A stretch of DNA of 64,000 nt from Octopus vulgaris (lineage: Eukaryota), in contig OX597816.1 of the NCBI GenBank assembly GCA_951406725.2, positions 110,732,001 through 110,796,000 of the forward strand, in the 5' to 3' direction. The notes under the pieces were generated by a model. The model had not been told where the DNA came from. It saw nothing but the letters and a program-made list of their open reading frames with translations, and made no database searches. Each line of letters begins with the position of its first letter. Position 1 is the stretch's first letter. Below are positions 1 to 13,868 of this stretch, in pieces. A program made the translations under genes and the position numbers.

Positions 1-282
1 GAATCGTGCTTCGGCTTCGTATAAATATATGTAGTGCGACTTAATTATGTTCCAATTAATATATATATAGAAATTCTAAGAGAAAAGTAATGAATTACAT
101 GCTGATCAAAAAATATATAATATTAGAATATGAATTATTCAGAGCATCAATCAGTAGGTACTTTTAGTCTTCCTGATCTATGTATATAGGCATAATTTTG
201 TTTGATTTTGTTAGACATGCTACATTTATATGTAACTGATCATTTTAATCTTCTTCCCCTCTGCATCACTTGTACAGGTACA

Positions 283-518
283 AGGCGGCGAGCTGGCAGA
301 AACGTTAGCACGCTGGGCGAAATGCTAAGTGGTATTTCGTCTGCCGCTACGTTCTGAGTTCAAATTCCGCCGAGGTCGACTTTGCCTTTCATCTTTTCGG
401 GGTCGATAAATTAAGTACCAGTTACGCACTGGGGTCAATGTAATCGACTTAATACCTATGTCTGTCCTTGTTTGTCCCCTTTGTGTTTAGCCCCTTGTGG
501 GTAATAAAGAAATAGGTA
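283..518 (+). mobile_element. tRNA-derived SINE, family 1, full length
   Basis: Head AGGCGGCGAGCTGGCAGAAACGTTAG (A-box-like) and GAGTTCAAATTCC (B-box-like). Central GAGGTCGACTTTGCCTTTCATC...GTCGATAAATTAAGTACCAG resembles the Meta-type SINE domain (from memory). Tail TTTAGCCCCTTGTGGGTAATAAAGAAATAGG. Homologous copies at 28370, 39363, 61688 and 62003. Confidence 0.9.
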
Positions 519-604
519 CATAGCTAGCTGGTGAACTTGATGCGCACATACATATGTACATACACATAACTAAGAAGCATAGACACTTTTAGATGTCTTA
601 CATG

Positions 605-672
605 TATATATATATATATATATATACGTATCTATATGTGTGTATATATGTGTGTATACGCATATATACATA

Positions 673-728
<56 letters not shown>

Positions 729-833
729 TATATATGCATATATATATACATATATATGCCTGTATATATTTACAAACATATACAAAATGTATATATAGAT
801 GTATGTATGTATAAATATATATATATATATATA
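605..833. repeat. compound (TA)n/(TG)n microsatellite
   Basis: Directly visible; source of the YIYIYI ORFs at 570-854. Confidence 0.95.
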
Positions 834-834
834 T

Positions 835-1152
835 TTACCAATAATAAAGGGTGAAATTAATTAATTTAGAAATAATCATCAATTTCACCAAGTAGAGTTC
901 GGCATGTAAAAGACCCATTCAAGGAAGGTTTAAGTAATACTAAGTAATTAAGGGTTTAGCAACGATTTGCCTCACCGAATTTAGAAATAGCAGTCAAAAA
1001 GGTTTGGCCATTCTTTCTACTTAAAAGGGAGGTCCCAGTAAAACCAAAGCACTTAAAAAGCAAACGACGCCGGTAAAAGAGAAAGAAATGACAAAAATCA
1101 TTCTATATTAAGTCACCTACGGACGTACGTTTCGGAATTAAGTCATTGCAGA

Positions 1153-1186
<34 letters not shown>

Positions 1187-1285
1187 ATTTCTGTAAAAGT
1201 TTCTACCGATAATGGTTTTCTTTCCATGCCGAAACTACGTGGTAAAATGTATTAATTATTAAATTAATATTTCTTTACCCTATAT
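835..1285. mobile_element. PLE-terminal-like non-coding cassette with degenerate hammerhead-like motifs
   Basis: Bounded and interrupted by (TA)n. Minus 1116-1135 reads CCGAAACGTACGTCCGTAGG (GAAA, palindrome, UC). Plus 1201-1247 reads CCGATAA...GCCGAAACTACGTGGTAAAA. The two ends are loosely inverted. Confidence 0.4.
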
Positions 1286-4200
1286 CTATACTGATAGATA
1301 GATAGACAGATTGATAGATAGATAAGTAAAAACGGTAGTTCTAAAATTTCTCGTTAAGAGAATATTTCCTGATATATAAATACATATATATATATATACA
1401 CACACACACACGCACATCCACACATATACACACACACACACTCACACACACTCAAACACACACACATATATATAACGTATGCAGTCATATGCATCGAAAT
1501 TTAAGAAGTAATATCGTAAATGGAAATATGCTTTCAATCATATCATATATTAGTATTACTGATGTTTATAGTTGCGAGATTTATTAATACCAGTATTGAT
1601 ATTCTAATGTCGATGTAGTAGATAGTCATTATCAATATTCCTATTATATTTGCCATCTGTATTTCAAGTGTTTTTAATTCGTTGGATTGGACAAGTTCAA
1701 TGTGTAAGTAATGTCTGTAATATAATAACTACATCATATATTGTTGTGTAAGAGACAAATATTTTTAGTTTGTAATAGATTTTTCTGATATAGCTTTTGC
1801 TTCTGTTTATTCCGTCTTTTGTCTAAAGAATGGGAAAGACAAAGAATTCTATTAATACTTTATTGTAATATGTTCGGCGCATCTTTGTTACTTCTATTGG
1901 AAACTACTTTGACAGAAGATTAATTTTCATTGTTTCGAAGTTGTACAACTATACTATTGATATAAGATATTGATATGATACTCTGTCATTCTTCATTTTC
2001 CTTCATATTTCTCATTTACTTAATCTATAAATCAGTTGTATTACTATTTTTATTTGTATTATTTATGCTTCACCCGATTTTTTAATTCTATTTTCTTTTA
2101 TTTTTACTTCCTCTGTGTAATTTTTTCTTATATGCCAACCACTATTTTACAGTATATATTCCGTCTTGTTAATGAGGCCAAACACTTTCAGAGAAGTTAT
2201 AACATATTTCTGTTATTAATATTCTGTCCAAAACTACAAAGCCTAAATTACTTCGTAATCTGTGAATAGTACTCCAATCATATCGGTTATCACTTCATTA
2301 AAGCATCACGTTTATTTTAAAACGTGCCTGCCAGAGATGATACCTTATCGTCTCTTATCCAAAAGCTATAAATCGCATAAATACCAATAAACGATACGTA
2401 TTACTCAATTACAAAATTAACATATACCAATTCAAATCTTGGAAATCATAATTTTGAAAATAATCTATTCAAATACTAAGTTGTGTTATATTGAACAGGA
2501 GTGTCATCAAATGATAGTAAAACGGTGAAATGTTTTATCACATAATAGAGAAATATTATGAAAGTCGCTTTCCATTTACTGAGTTTTCTGAATGTTATAC
2601 GACTTAAAATTTATAATATATCAGATGTATCGTACGGTATTCTACAGGAATATATAATGAAATCATTTGTATATACTACAAATTCAAATTTAAACTCGAA
2701 TGCAATGATATTTGTAATAAATGAAATCGGAGGAAGACTTCACATGGGAAATTATTATTTATTATACCAATATTGCAAATATAATTTTTATAATGCGAAA
2801 AATATAAATACGCTCTCCGTTATTTCATTACACATATTTCCCAACATGATGTCTCTTTTTTAAAGCCGCAAGTATGCATTATTTGTGTTACCAATCACAT
2901 TTGCATATATGTATATCAGTTAACGGATAAGAAGAAAACACTACTTTGATGGGTAATTCGAACCGTTCATAAAATGTATTTATATGACCGATTTTTCAAC
3001 AGCTTAAAAGAGATTTTTAAAATAAATCCCTCTACAAATCAATAATTACAATCACATAATCTTTCTGACCGAATTTCTACCATCTATTCTTACAAAATTT
3101 AGATCAACGATCGACCTGTAGTGATTTCCTACACATTAACTATTTTCTATAGAAATAGATTATATGTAGGATGGTTTATTTCATAAGACATTAAAAGGGT
3201 TACAACATGATGTATCCTTGTTGACATCATAATACACCATATTGTTGTTTTCACACATTATTAGAGAAAAGTGTGAACGAAAGAAATAAAGAAAAAAGAG
3301 AGAAAGAGAAGGGGAGACACATAATTCTCTTCAGTATTCCTCAAATTAGGAGAGCCGAAATGAGCCTCTCGATGGGAAGTTCTACCGCATCGTGCACAAA
3401 CTCGAATCGAATACTACCTATTTTATGGCTTTCAATACTGGAAAATCTACTGATGTCTATATAGTACGATATCTAATTAATTCTGTTAATCATATTATTA
3501 TCAAAATATTGTTAAATTACTCAATGGTCTCGAAAATCATATATGATAACTGAATGATAACATAACTGAGCATGTTATTGAGAGAGATACCAGTAAATAT
3601 GTTAGTAATTCACAAGAGCAGTTTTGATTTAAATGTACTCAGCATTAGTCTAACAGCATTAGTCTTAGTTATATCATTGTTATAGACAAAGGATCTACAC
3701 TGTTACTAGACTTTCACTGAACGGTGGATAAGTGTTTTTATTTGTTGCCAATTTACCGTTTATTAACAGTTCCTTAGAAATACATCCTGAACACAACTCA
3801 AGAGAAATACCGTAAGTTTGCCAATTTCAACATATTATAAAGCAAACAATGTGTTATATACATTGTTTTCACTTATTAAATCAAAACCCACGGTAAATGA
3901 AAGGGAATTGCGTTTGAAAAACGACAAATATACTACAATCGATTTAAGAGCAATGGAGACGAAAAACCTACTGAAGTTGTGTTTAATATCATTTTACGTT
4001 ATTTTCCTTATGGGAAATCCTTTGTTACCCAAGATTTGTAACATATATAGATGATTAATTTAACCCATATTGTCACCATTAAAAGAAATAATGTATCTAC
4101 GGTGGCAATTCGAAATAGAGTAATTGCTGTCCATGCTGACCCTCAACTCAGCCACATTTCTGTCAAATTACACTGTCATGTTGAAGGAAAAACACGTCAC

Positions 4201-6006
4201 TCAAGGTAATCTTACATTTATAACGCCTTAAAGAAAAACGATGTCCTGGATTGGGGTGTCTTTGTTCAGAGGTCATCTCACTCAGGGCTGACCAAGTGAT
4301 AAAAAAGAGCAGTGCATACAATTTTTTAAGACCATCTTGAAATTACTTATTTTTTCCATTTAGTGTTATTGGTCTTATTGTCATCTGGAATTGCTTGATA
4401 ATCAAATTCACAAACATGAATTAATTCAACATGGATCACAATAACCGAAATACAGATTGAAAGGAGACATTATAACAGCAAGATTGACTCAAATAGGTTT
4501 AGTAATGGATATATAGTATTCTCTGGAACAATCATGGTTAGGCAAGCTAAAAGTTATTTAAGAAAAGACTTTACATTAATTATCATTGTTAATACATTAT
4601 CATTGTTAAAAATTTGCATTAATTATCATTGAAATTATTCTGGATTCCTCGTGAGTACCACTTCTTTCATCTGTGAATATATTCATTTTCCTTAGCCTCA
4701 AGTCATCATGAACATACAAGAAATAATCTCCTTCATGATGGTCATATGATCGTCATCATCATAGTGATCTTCATAAACATCACCTTTATTGTTTTCATCA
4801 TCATCTTCATCATACTCATCGCCGTAATCGTAACCATAATAACTTATCTAAATACTATCATATTTCAACCATTTTGCTAGTTTCTTTCTGCAAGTAACCT
4901 CCATATATTTAGTTTACGAAAACTTAGCTTTACTTTACAGCAAAGTTTTCGTAGGGAAGACAAGCTTGCCATAAGCCTTCTGCATGCTATTTCTACAATC
5001 GCTAAAGATCAAAAGAGAACTTGCATGACTTGCATGATTTAACTGAAAATGAAAGAAAGAAAAGCTAAATCAATAGATTGCAGGATTTATCTTGTAGAGT
5101 ACCCACAGGTTGATTGTAGAACACCTAAGTTGCATAGAATATTGCTTGGAAAAAAGTGTTTGATGTCGGAATCCAAAATAGTGTTAGATCATTTACAAAA
5201 TATTGTAGAGGCAGATTAGTTTAGTTATTTATAAATGTATATTGCACTCCATAAATTTTTTTTTAAAATAACTAAGCCAACATACTGTTCAAAATATTAT
5301 CGGCATCAGGGTGATGTGTATATTCAACACTGCTGATTAGATGCGCATAATTCTGATTCTCCCGATACTTTATTTTTATCCTAATTTCAAATGTATAACA
5401 GAATATTTTGTTCAATTTAATTGTGAGGAAGATTTGTCCATAATTTTTTTAAGGTTTGCTTCTTGTTTAAAATTTCCTGTAAGGTATTGATTTTGATGAG
5501 TTCGTCTGTAATTATATTTTAATAATCATGCACACATCTTCGTGAACTTGAAGCAAAATTGTGTAATAATGAAGTTAGCTCTCTTGGCGACTCAACACTG
5601 ATCTATTGCTATAGTGATAGTGTGTTTATGTATAAAATTTCTGATGTGATGGTCATTATTTCTTCAATTTTCTGTACTGAAACGATACATTTATAACAGC
5701 AGGTTATTTTGCTTAATCGGTAAAAAAGAGATACCCTGCACAGAATCTTTGCAGAGTGTACATGCACCAAGCAACCTACGCGAATGTGTTTATACATCCA
5801 CATCCGTTAACGGTTACATTTAGTAATGGTTTCGCTGTATTACGTGTTCGTTTCTCTTTTGCATCTATTATTTTATTATTGATCTATGTAAACGAAGTTA
5901 AATCTTTTAATTTGCTGCTTTTATTTACGAACTGGCGACTAAGGTTGCGGAACTGTTATTTTAACGAGATATATTTATTTAAAACTGGCAGAGACAAATG
6001 TTAAGC

Positions 6007-6033
6007 ATCCCGCCTGTGCGGGATCGATGCTAG
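6007..6033 (+). mobile_element. Helitron-like 3' terminus
   Basis: GC-rich hairpin ATCCCGC-CTGT-GCGGGAT followed 5 nt later by CTAG; 5' end not located. Confidence 0.4.
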
Positions 6034-6180
6034 ATGGGTCGAAACAATTGTAATGATTAACAAAACTTTCCGTATCTTCTATCTTCCGCCTTTCAAAAGA
6101 CCAAATATATAAGAAACACTGGGGAAGTGGTCGTGCTTAACCAGTAGAATACTAGGTATATACCATTCGTTGTAACATCT

Positions 6181-6334
<154 letters not shown>

Positions 6335-6337
<3 letters not shown>

Positions 6338-6591
6338 TATGAAGTCACGACGCCTCCTTGCGGGAGATAGACTGCTTTGAGCTGTGAGTAAAGTATAAAT
6401 AGTAATGGTCCGAACGGGTTCAAATGTTCAGAGTTCGGAGTCGAGAGAATTTCGTGTTAATTCGCAGTGAAGTCGGAAGATGCCGGCTAGTTAGTTCAAA
6501 AATAATATTGATTGTTGGTTCGTAAAGAGATTCGTTACATTGTTACCTTGTTATTACTGTGGTCTGGTTATCTTATTTAATATACGTAACA
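6335..6591 (+). mobile_element. possible solo LTR
   Basis: Begins TGTTATG and ends CGTAACA (TG...CA, 6/7 inverted match); internal TATAAATAG; no convincing TSD. Confidence 0.45.
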
Positions 6592-6678
6592 AATATTTGT
6601 TGCAAAAATATACATATATGTGTGTGAGTGTATATATATATGCACTTACATATTTACATGCATGCTTTTATCTATATA

Positions 6679-7911
6679 TTGGGTTGGCAACTAATTTCCT
6701 GGTGTTTTTCTTTAATTTACATTTTTTAAAGGGTTTGATAACAAAAAATAACAGCTAATTGATCAATAATGTATTCACCCTTGTTGTTTATAACTTCTTC
6801 TCAATGTTCACAAAGATTTTCAATACCTCGTTGGTAGAAATTACCTGATTTCGACTCGAAAAATTGATCCAACCAAGCTCTCAATTCTGCATTAGCTTTG
6901 AACGAAACTCTGTGCATAGCATTTGAAGGCGATCGAAAGAGGTGGAAATCCGTTGGTGCCAAATCAGGAGAGTATTGTGGGTGTGACAGCACTTCCCAAC
7001 CATACGTTTGAATGGCTTCGTTGGTCGTAATGGCGATATGCGGGTGGGCATTGTCGTGCAGCAGAAGAACTCCATGCTACCGATTAGGTCTTTTTTCTTG
7101 AATAGCCGTGTTCAGACGTTCGATCTGTTGAACATAGAATTCCGCGTTGATCGTTTGGTTCCGTTCAAGCATTTTGTAATGGATAATCCCTTCCCAGTCC
7201 CACCATACGCACAACATCGATTTACGCGGATGAAGATCTTGTTTTATGCGCGGTGTCGCTTGTTTACCGGGGCCAAGCTATTCCTTACGCTGCTTCATAT
7301 TGATGAACTGGTACCATTTTCCTTCGCTAGTAACGATTCGGTAAAGAAATCGTTGCTTGTGTCCATCAGTTGAGCGGTGACAAACAAGCAAATCAGCGGA
7401 GATTGTAGCTCGTTGAGTTTTGTTTCTGCCACTTAAAGCATGTGGAACCCACGCTCCATACTTCTGAACCTTTCCCATTGAGTGAAGATGCTTCTCTATA
7501 GCAGTGTGGGAGCATTCCCTTTTCCCTGCCAGTTCCCCTGTCGTTTGACGAGAATTTTCGTGCAAAAGTGTTTAATCGCTCTTCATCGAATTCAACTGGA
7601 CGGCCAGAACGAAGTGCGTCTTTGAGGTCAAAACTTCCATTTTTGAACTTGGCATACCAATCATGAGCGGTTCTTATGCATAGCACTCTCTCCATACATA
7701 GCACAAATATTGCGAGAAGATTATGCGGCCTTAGAACCTTGATTAAAAACAAACAGAAGGAGGTGTCGAAAATACTCGCTTATCTTAACTTGACATTCCA
7801 TTTTAATGATCTGAAAATGAACAGAAGTGAACTGAAATTAACTAGAAAAAAAGAAACAAAATAGATTCCAAAATTAAAAAAAAAACGGCGGGAACTTAGT
7901 TGTCAACCTAA
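6679..7911 (-). mobile_element. mariner DNA transposon, full length (~1.23 kb), mellifera-like TIRs
   Basis: Left TIR TTGGGTTGGCAACTAATTTCCTGGTG versus right TIR (rc) TTAGGTTGACAACTAAGTTCCCGCCG; TA on the left flank; internal transposase remnants. Confidence 0.95.
6759..7801 (-). pseudogene. mariner transposase, frameshifted with stops
   Basis: MECQVKISEYFRHLLLF start; WYAKFKNGSFDLKDALRSGRP, WVPHAL, LHDNAHPH and HPQYSPDLAPTDFHLFRS distributed over several frames. Confidence 0.93.
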
Positions 7912-7922
7912 TGTATATATGT

Positions 7923-7963
<41 letters not shown>

Positions 7964-10900
7964 ATGGATAGCTTATTAGCAATTTAACAACCTAAACGTA
8001 AATGTATTTGTGTATGTGTGAGTATCTGTATATAATTTATTACATGACTACGCATGCACATTTGTTATATATATATTCTAAACGTGTGTGTATGCCCTAT
8101 AAGCAAAAGTTCTAATGTGTTTAACATATTTTTATACATTCAGTAAAACCTTTTAATAGTAGCTTCTTCATGAGTAATGTCTCATGATTTCTTCACAAAT
8201 GTGTCTGTTAGATGGGCTTGCAGAAGAATTTTAATATGCAATCCAGTTTCTAAATTCCAAATTTATACTCTAGCGCATTATCTACAATTTTTCAATAGTT
8301 CACCATAGATGGTCCCAATTTCACTTTTCGTTAAAGATATCTGCTGGGAAATTTGTTTCTATCACTACGGTGTGCACTTACTGTTCCCTAACGGAAAACG
8401 TGAAACCGGTGTTTTCGAAAAGTTTTGACTAGTTCATTCTGTAAATATGTTAATGTTCATCAAATCAATAAAATGTTACATTTTTGTGGAAAAAGTACAG
8501 TTGCATAGTAAAATAATTTTGCTGTATCACGCCTTTATTGGTAGTCGCTTACGATGTTGATAACACCTTTTCTATTCACTACTCAAACTTTACTTGTGTG
8601 ACTACATCACTTGTGTCTTTTATGCGGTGGCTATTTTAATGTTGATTCCTACTTCTAGATTTTAGAAGCATAAATATTCATGTTATACCTAATGTTATAC
8701 CTGGTTGTTGAAATGGAATAGTCTCTTACGTACGTTCTATTCCTCAACTTAAATGTTAGGTGTTTGGGATCAGATGTTTAGATACTTCTGAACCTATACC
8801 GTAACCCAGCTGAGTTTGTAGTTTAGTGCCATTTTTAGACCTTTGTTGTATGTTGAAGAAATCTCTGCGTCTCATTGTCTGTCCTATAATGTTTGCTGAA
8901 AGGTCATAAATCAGTCAACATTTGTTATTGAAATTATTCCTTTTGCTTGAGATTTTATCCCAGCTGCTTCTCTATTGATGCCAAAATTGTTCGTTGTCTA
9001 TTATTTTAGAATTTTTTCTTATAGACTTTCTTTATAGGTCTTTTGTGAGTGAGTAATGATGAAGAATCTAAAACGCCTGTCCTTTACTTCAAGGTTGAAA
9101 GTACATGTTTCAGTTGGAATTAATAAATGGTTGAGGTGTCTTATTCTTTTTGTCACTGTTATCTAAAAGTATAGCATCGTACTGCGTCTTTACGATCGTC
9201 CATGGTCAATATCCCTAAATTAAGTTTTCAGCTTTTGATATCTTTCTGATTCACATTTACCTCTATAAAGAACACTGAAAACGAAGCGAGCACACTTAGT
9301 GCATAGTTTTAATACTCTTTTTAATTAAAGAAAACATTCTATATGAAAGCATATGATAACCATAGCCTCAAATGCTCGAGTATAACCACAAAATCTTCTC
9401 AGGGTTTCTGATAATCTTACTATATTAAAAATGTATCTCAATATTAATTAATATATTTAAGAGTAATATTCCTTGCAGCGTGCTGCCATCTTATTGGTTG
9501 TTTATGATATAAATTCTTATGCAATTTGTGAAATTTTACTTCTTTTATTAGATGTATTTTAACCTTGATCTTATATTCATTGTAATAAATATTACTCTTC
9601 GGGTGGTAGTATTGAGATTATTGCTAAGCTAGTTTTGCTCTTTCAATTATGTTCATATAAGTTTGCCTTAAAATGAAAGAATGCATTACTATAAGTAAAA
9701 CTATGTATTCACAGAAGTATTTACGTTTTTATTGTTGTAAATACGAGAATTGCTTCATTCTGTGAACATTTTTGAAAAGAATTATATTTCATACTTAGAT
9801 ATTAAAAAAATGAAGCTGTCTATCTGTTTTATACAAGTAATTTCTCAACGTAACTTTCGCCTCTATGCTTATATGAATTTCTACTATAAGGAAAGAAAAA
9901 TAATAAATATGACACTTTATGTCGAGAAATATATACTGATAGGTTTTTTAGATTTTTCATTAATATTTCAGGAAGTGCAATTCACAACAACTCTACGGTA
10001 CGCGAATGAAAATAAAAATGAAAGCACGTCCAGCGGCAGTTATCTGAAACGTATTTCTTCAGAAACCTTCACTACCACATTAATAATAAGTGCGAGGCAA
10101 GCAACTTTGTTGCCATGATGTTCTATCTAGAAATAGTAAGTAAAGATCACTCAAATCGATCCCTTGTGTCATACTGTTATATTGGCCTTCATACAGCTCT
10201 GGATAAAATTTATCTTTAATACGTGAAAGCATTTAGTCATATACTTATCAAATCAGTAATAACTGCGGACTAAAAGGACTTTAGCAATAAGGCATTTAAC
10301 AGGTGCAAAAATAATAATAGTAAAATAAGAACATATTGTGGTAGAAAGAGCATTTATTATGCTATATGTTATTAGTTGTGATTCCATCGACACTGAAATA
10401 AAGCAAAATACATTTTTACACCAACGGGATTGAAATCAAAAGGCGGATATAAGCAAGATTTTTCTGCTTGCAACCACTACTTGTCCAGCTATTTACAAGG
10501 ACATAATTAAAAGTGTTTCATTGTATGTATTAGCATTTCAAAACATATGTTTCCTCTGGAACATTCACTATCACCAGCAATAATAATAAATGGGACTTTA
10601 TGAAACTTGCATGCAATACACCATTGGTGCTTCGAATCACTATTTCTGAATAAGGCTAGTAATTGCAGTAAGGTTAATAAACCTATTGAAAGTATTGAAT
10701 AAACTATACAGAATTTGCACTTCAACAACCTACCATCGAAAACTGAGCAGGAAATACAAAATTGCAGGGTACATCAGTGATCGTTTCACTCCCTAAGAAG
10801 TCGATATTTTCATTTTGAATCTAAACATAATTATTACTTGTTTCTAATTTTGGTATGATCTGTCAAATTCTTAGACAGCTTTTGCATAAATGTTGCCAAG

Positions 10901-11599
10901 TTTCCCCATTCTATTGACTGAATCTTGCAATTAATATTCTTGACTTGAGTACAAATATATCTCATCTAATAATAAAATCGAATCATATAAAATATATCAA
11001 AAATATTACATCTATATTTTAAAATTCTTTTTCTGTTTTTCTTTTTGTAATGGATGGTTCACGGTTGATGTGCCTACTCTTAAAAATAATAGTCAAGCAG
11101 AGTATCATTAATATGTCGATATTCTAATATATAATCTCAAATATGGGTTCGAAAGCGACCTGATAATCAAGTGATGTTATTTTACATTTCGACGTGTGTG
11201 TATTTATCAGTGTTTCTTCGCGCACGCCTGGTTATGTGTGTGTGTGTGTATGCGTGTGTATGTGTATGTGTGTGTGTGTGTTTTGTGTATGTTTTATACT
11301 TCTGCAGTAGTCTTTCAAACTGATATTTTAACAACTCTTAAATACTAAAAACATGCTGTCATTATTAATCGTCAATGTCTTTATAAATCGTTTCCTATTT
11401 GCAGCAAATGTAAATGCATGTTCATCGCTATATATGAACTCGTGCTGGTCATGACGGGGACTCGCAGCTGAAAAGTCAATTAATATGTTGCTATTACGTT
11501 AACTAGAGTTGCCCCACTTCTAGTTTATTTAAACGGAAATGCCAAAGGAAACCGTTTTCGTTTGGATCAAAATCCGTTATAATCTGGAACAAAAACCAC

Positions 11600-12140
11600 T
11601 ATAGTCTGGATCAAAATCAGTTGTTCGGAATACGAAGGAGAGGGAAACATTACTCTCATCAAAATACTAAGACCAGCCTACTGCAGCTAACACAATCATA
11701 GTAAATGAGAATGAATGGATTGCAAAGGGAAAATTCAATCTAAGTTGAGCAGAATTTGTGACACCTGACGTAGTTATATGAAATGAGGAGGCGCAGTAAA
11801 CAAACAGCTATTAATAAATGAAGGGTATCCCGATTACATTGTTGTCGGTGGGATTCAGATATTACAGTAACAAATAACCAGGGTCTTGTCAGTTAGAATA
11901 GGGAAAAGACTGGCAGGGCTGGCTAATTCATGTTGAGACAATCTACAAATGTTTCTACGGTAGCCTGCGTGGTAGATGTTAGCATCTCCAGAAAGAGCAC
12001 GACGGGAGAAGATTGTAGAAAAAACGTGATGCTGGATGTAGAAGCTGGAACATTTAGACTGGAAGTGAAAATAAACTGGAAAGTAGCTGGCCATCATTGA
12101 TCTCACACAGCAATTATAGGATAGTATTTTAAGGTCGAAA
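11600..12140 (-). pseudogene. degraded LINE APE-endonuclease-like fragment
   Basis: Broken frames give LKILSYNC and LSGDANIYH (cf. GDFN) in plausible order; heavily decayed. Confidence 0.3.
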
Positions 12141-12324
12141 CATCCGAGAAATTCGGAAAAAACCTGGTGAATTCCTTTGGATTCAAATTACTGCCGTATG
12201 TGAATGAATCTGCCGAGATATGTAACAGATATATGAAATAGTATGAATAAGATTTTGTGTCTGTCGGCTAGTCTGTTCATATTTGTACGTGTATATTTAT
12301 CTGTATCTATCTATGCGCGCGTGC

Positions 12325-12376
<52 letters not shown>

Positions 12377-12377
12377 A

Positions 12378-13515
12378 CGAGGGTGGGTTGAAACTTCACA
12401 GCCTAGCTATGGAGAAGTGATGCTAGAGATGTAAAACCTTCCAAGCATCAATCTCAAATCACCTTTATAACCACATTGTTTCTTGCGGGAAAAGCTGCCA
12501 ACTGAGTGTTCAAGGAAGACTTGAAAAGTAACTAGTAGCGAGTCTTCTTGAAAATGAACAAAATTTGCCATCGTGTTGTTATCAAGCACCTGCAGAGAAA
12601 GGACATTCATGCTGACATGGTTATTACGGATGACGCTCCAGCTTTATCGACTGTGCACAAGGGAAAGGAAGAGTCTTCAAGATGATCCAAGGTCTGGACG
12701 TGCTGAAACTGATACTATCGAGGAAAACATTGATCCTGTTCACCACAGGGTGATGGGTCACAAGCGATTGACTATAAATCAAATAACCGACGCTATTACA
12801 TTTCTCGTCAAAAATTTGAGTATATTCTGCTCCATGAAATTGGCCTAATGACAGCTTCTGATCGGTGTGAGTTCTGTTTTCTGTGACTTGATCAAAAGCC
12901 ACCAGCCTCATATTGTCGCTTGAAAATCTAACGTTGTTGGTGGCAGATACAGCTGGTTTCTTTGAATGTGTCCGAAGTCAACATGAGTGTTGGTTTCCTC
13001 ACTTTGATCCAGAGTCAAAGATGCAACCAAAGCAGTGGAAACACCCCTCCTCACCTCCTACAAAGAAGTCCAAAGTCGTTTCCTCTGTAGGGAAGATGAT
13101 AGCCTCAGTGTTTTGGGATGCAGAAAGCATTACGACTATTCACTAATTTCAAAAGGACTACATCATCATCGGAGACTACCATACCTACTAGCTGAGGCAG
13201 TGACGAAAGTCTAAGACGGAACGAAAGGGAAACTCACAATCGGGGCCTTTTTCCATCAGGACAATGCTCCTGGACACAAGTCATTGGTTTCAATAGCTGC
13301 TGTGCGTTACTGTGGTTTTAAACTGGTTTCTCACCCCCGCCTTATTCTTCTGATTTGGCCCCATCTGACTATGAGTTTTCTCCAAAATGGCTGACAGCCA
13401 GTATCACTGTGATGATGACATCATATTTGCTGTTGAAGACGTTCTTGACGAACAGGATGATAGCTTCCACTCAATGGGATCCAATCACTGTAAACCTATA
13501 AAAGAATTGTGCGAT
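12378..13515 (+). mobile_element. mariner (irritans-like) element with decayed transposase
   Basis: Starts CGAGGG; ATG at 12554 (MNKICHRVVIKHL); SLQDDPRSGR, HFDPESKMQPKQWKHPSSPPTKK, KMIASVFWDAE, FHQDNAPGH, PYSSDLAPSDY; many indels; right TIR not seen. Confidence 0.9.
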
Positions 13516-13656
13516 GTATATATATATACGCGTGTGTGTATGTGTGTGTGTGTTTGTGTGTGTGCGTAGTAGATCCAAAAACAGAACAAACACAAAAACA
13601 CAACACGAGGACGTGGTAATGTAAAGTATTAGTAGACGCCCAGGGAAGGAAAGATG

Positions 13657-13691
13657 GTTTAACGTTTCGAGCAACGCTCTTCTTCAGAAAC
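13657..13691 (-). ncRNA. minimal type I hammerhead ribozyme motif, core intact
   Basis: Minus strand GTTT-CTGAAGA-A-GAGC-GTT-GCTC-GAAA-CG-TT-AAAC: 4-bp stem I, 4-bp stem II, palindromic AACGTT in place of stem III, as in PLE-associated minimal hammerheads. Confidence 0.7.
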
Positions 13692-13822
13692 AGAGGACAG
13701 TCCAATAGAAAGTAAGGCATGTGGTTCGTGTGTTGAAACAGATATTGTTTTATTTCGGGATGGTCAGTTTGTCTTCACTCGTTTATTGGTGTTCATATTT
13801 TATTATTTTAACTCATGTCCAT

Positions 13823-13868
13823 TGTCGGGAAATCTTTCGTCACATATCTGTGACCTCTTCAGGAACAC
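13823..13868 (-). ncRNA. hammerhead-like motif, left arm
   Basis: TGTTC-CTGAAGA-G-GTCACA-GATA-TGTGAC-GAAA-GATTTCC-CGACA; perfect 6-bp stem II, imperfect stem I. Confidence 0.55.

Noticed and set aside
283-370. tRNA gene-like A/B boxes (also at 55360-55453 and 62003)
   Set aside because: No cloverleaf; they are SINE heads continuous with repeated bodies.
3953-4054. Signal-peptide-like METKNLLKLCLISFYVIFLMG
   Set aside because: Only 33 codons, no clear donor site; hydrophobic runs are expected in T-rich DNA.
4913-4952. 11-bp hairpin TACGAAAACTT/AAGTTTTCGTA
   Set aside because: Isolated and AT-rich, with no TSD or other context.
8100-9300. Possible PLE GIY-YIG relic (IIGQT on minus); similar CTTC hint at ~42700
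   Set aside because: Single short motifs; too degraded to support by eye.
11563-11625. Three ~22-bp units starting TGGA(T/A)CAAAA, superficially CRISPR-like
   Set aside because: Contiguous degenerate tandem repeat with no unique spacers, no cas genes, and a eukaryotic context.
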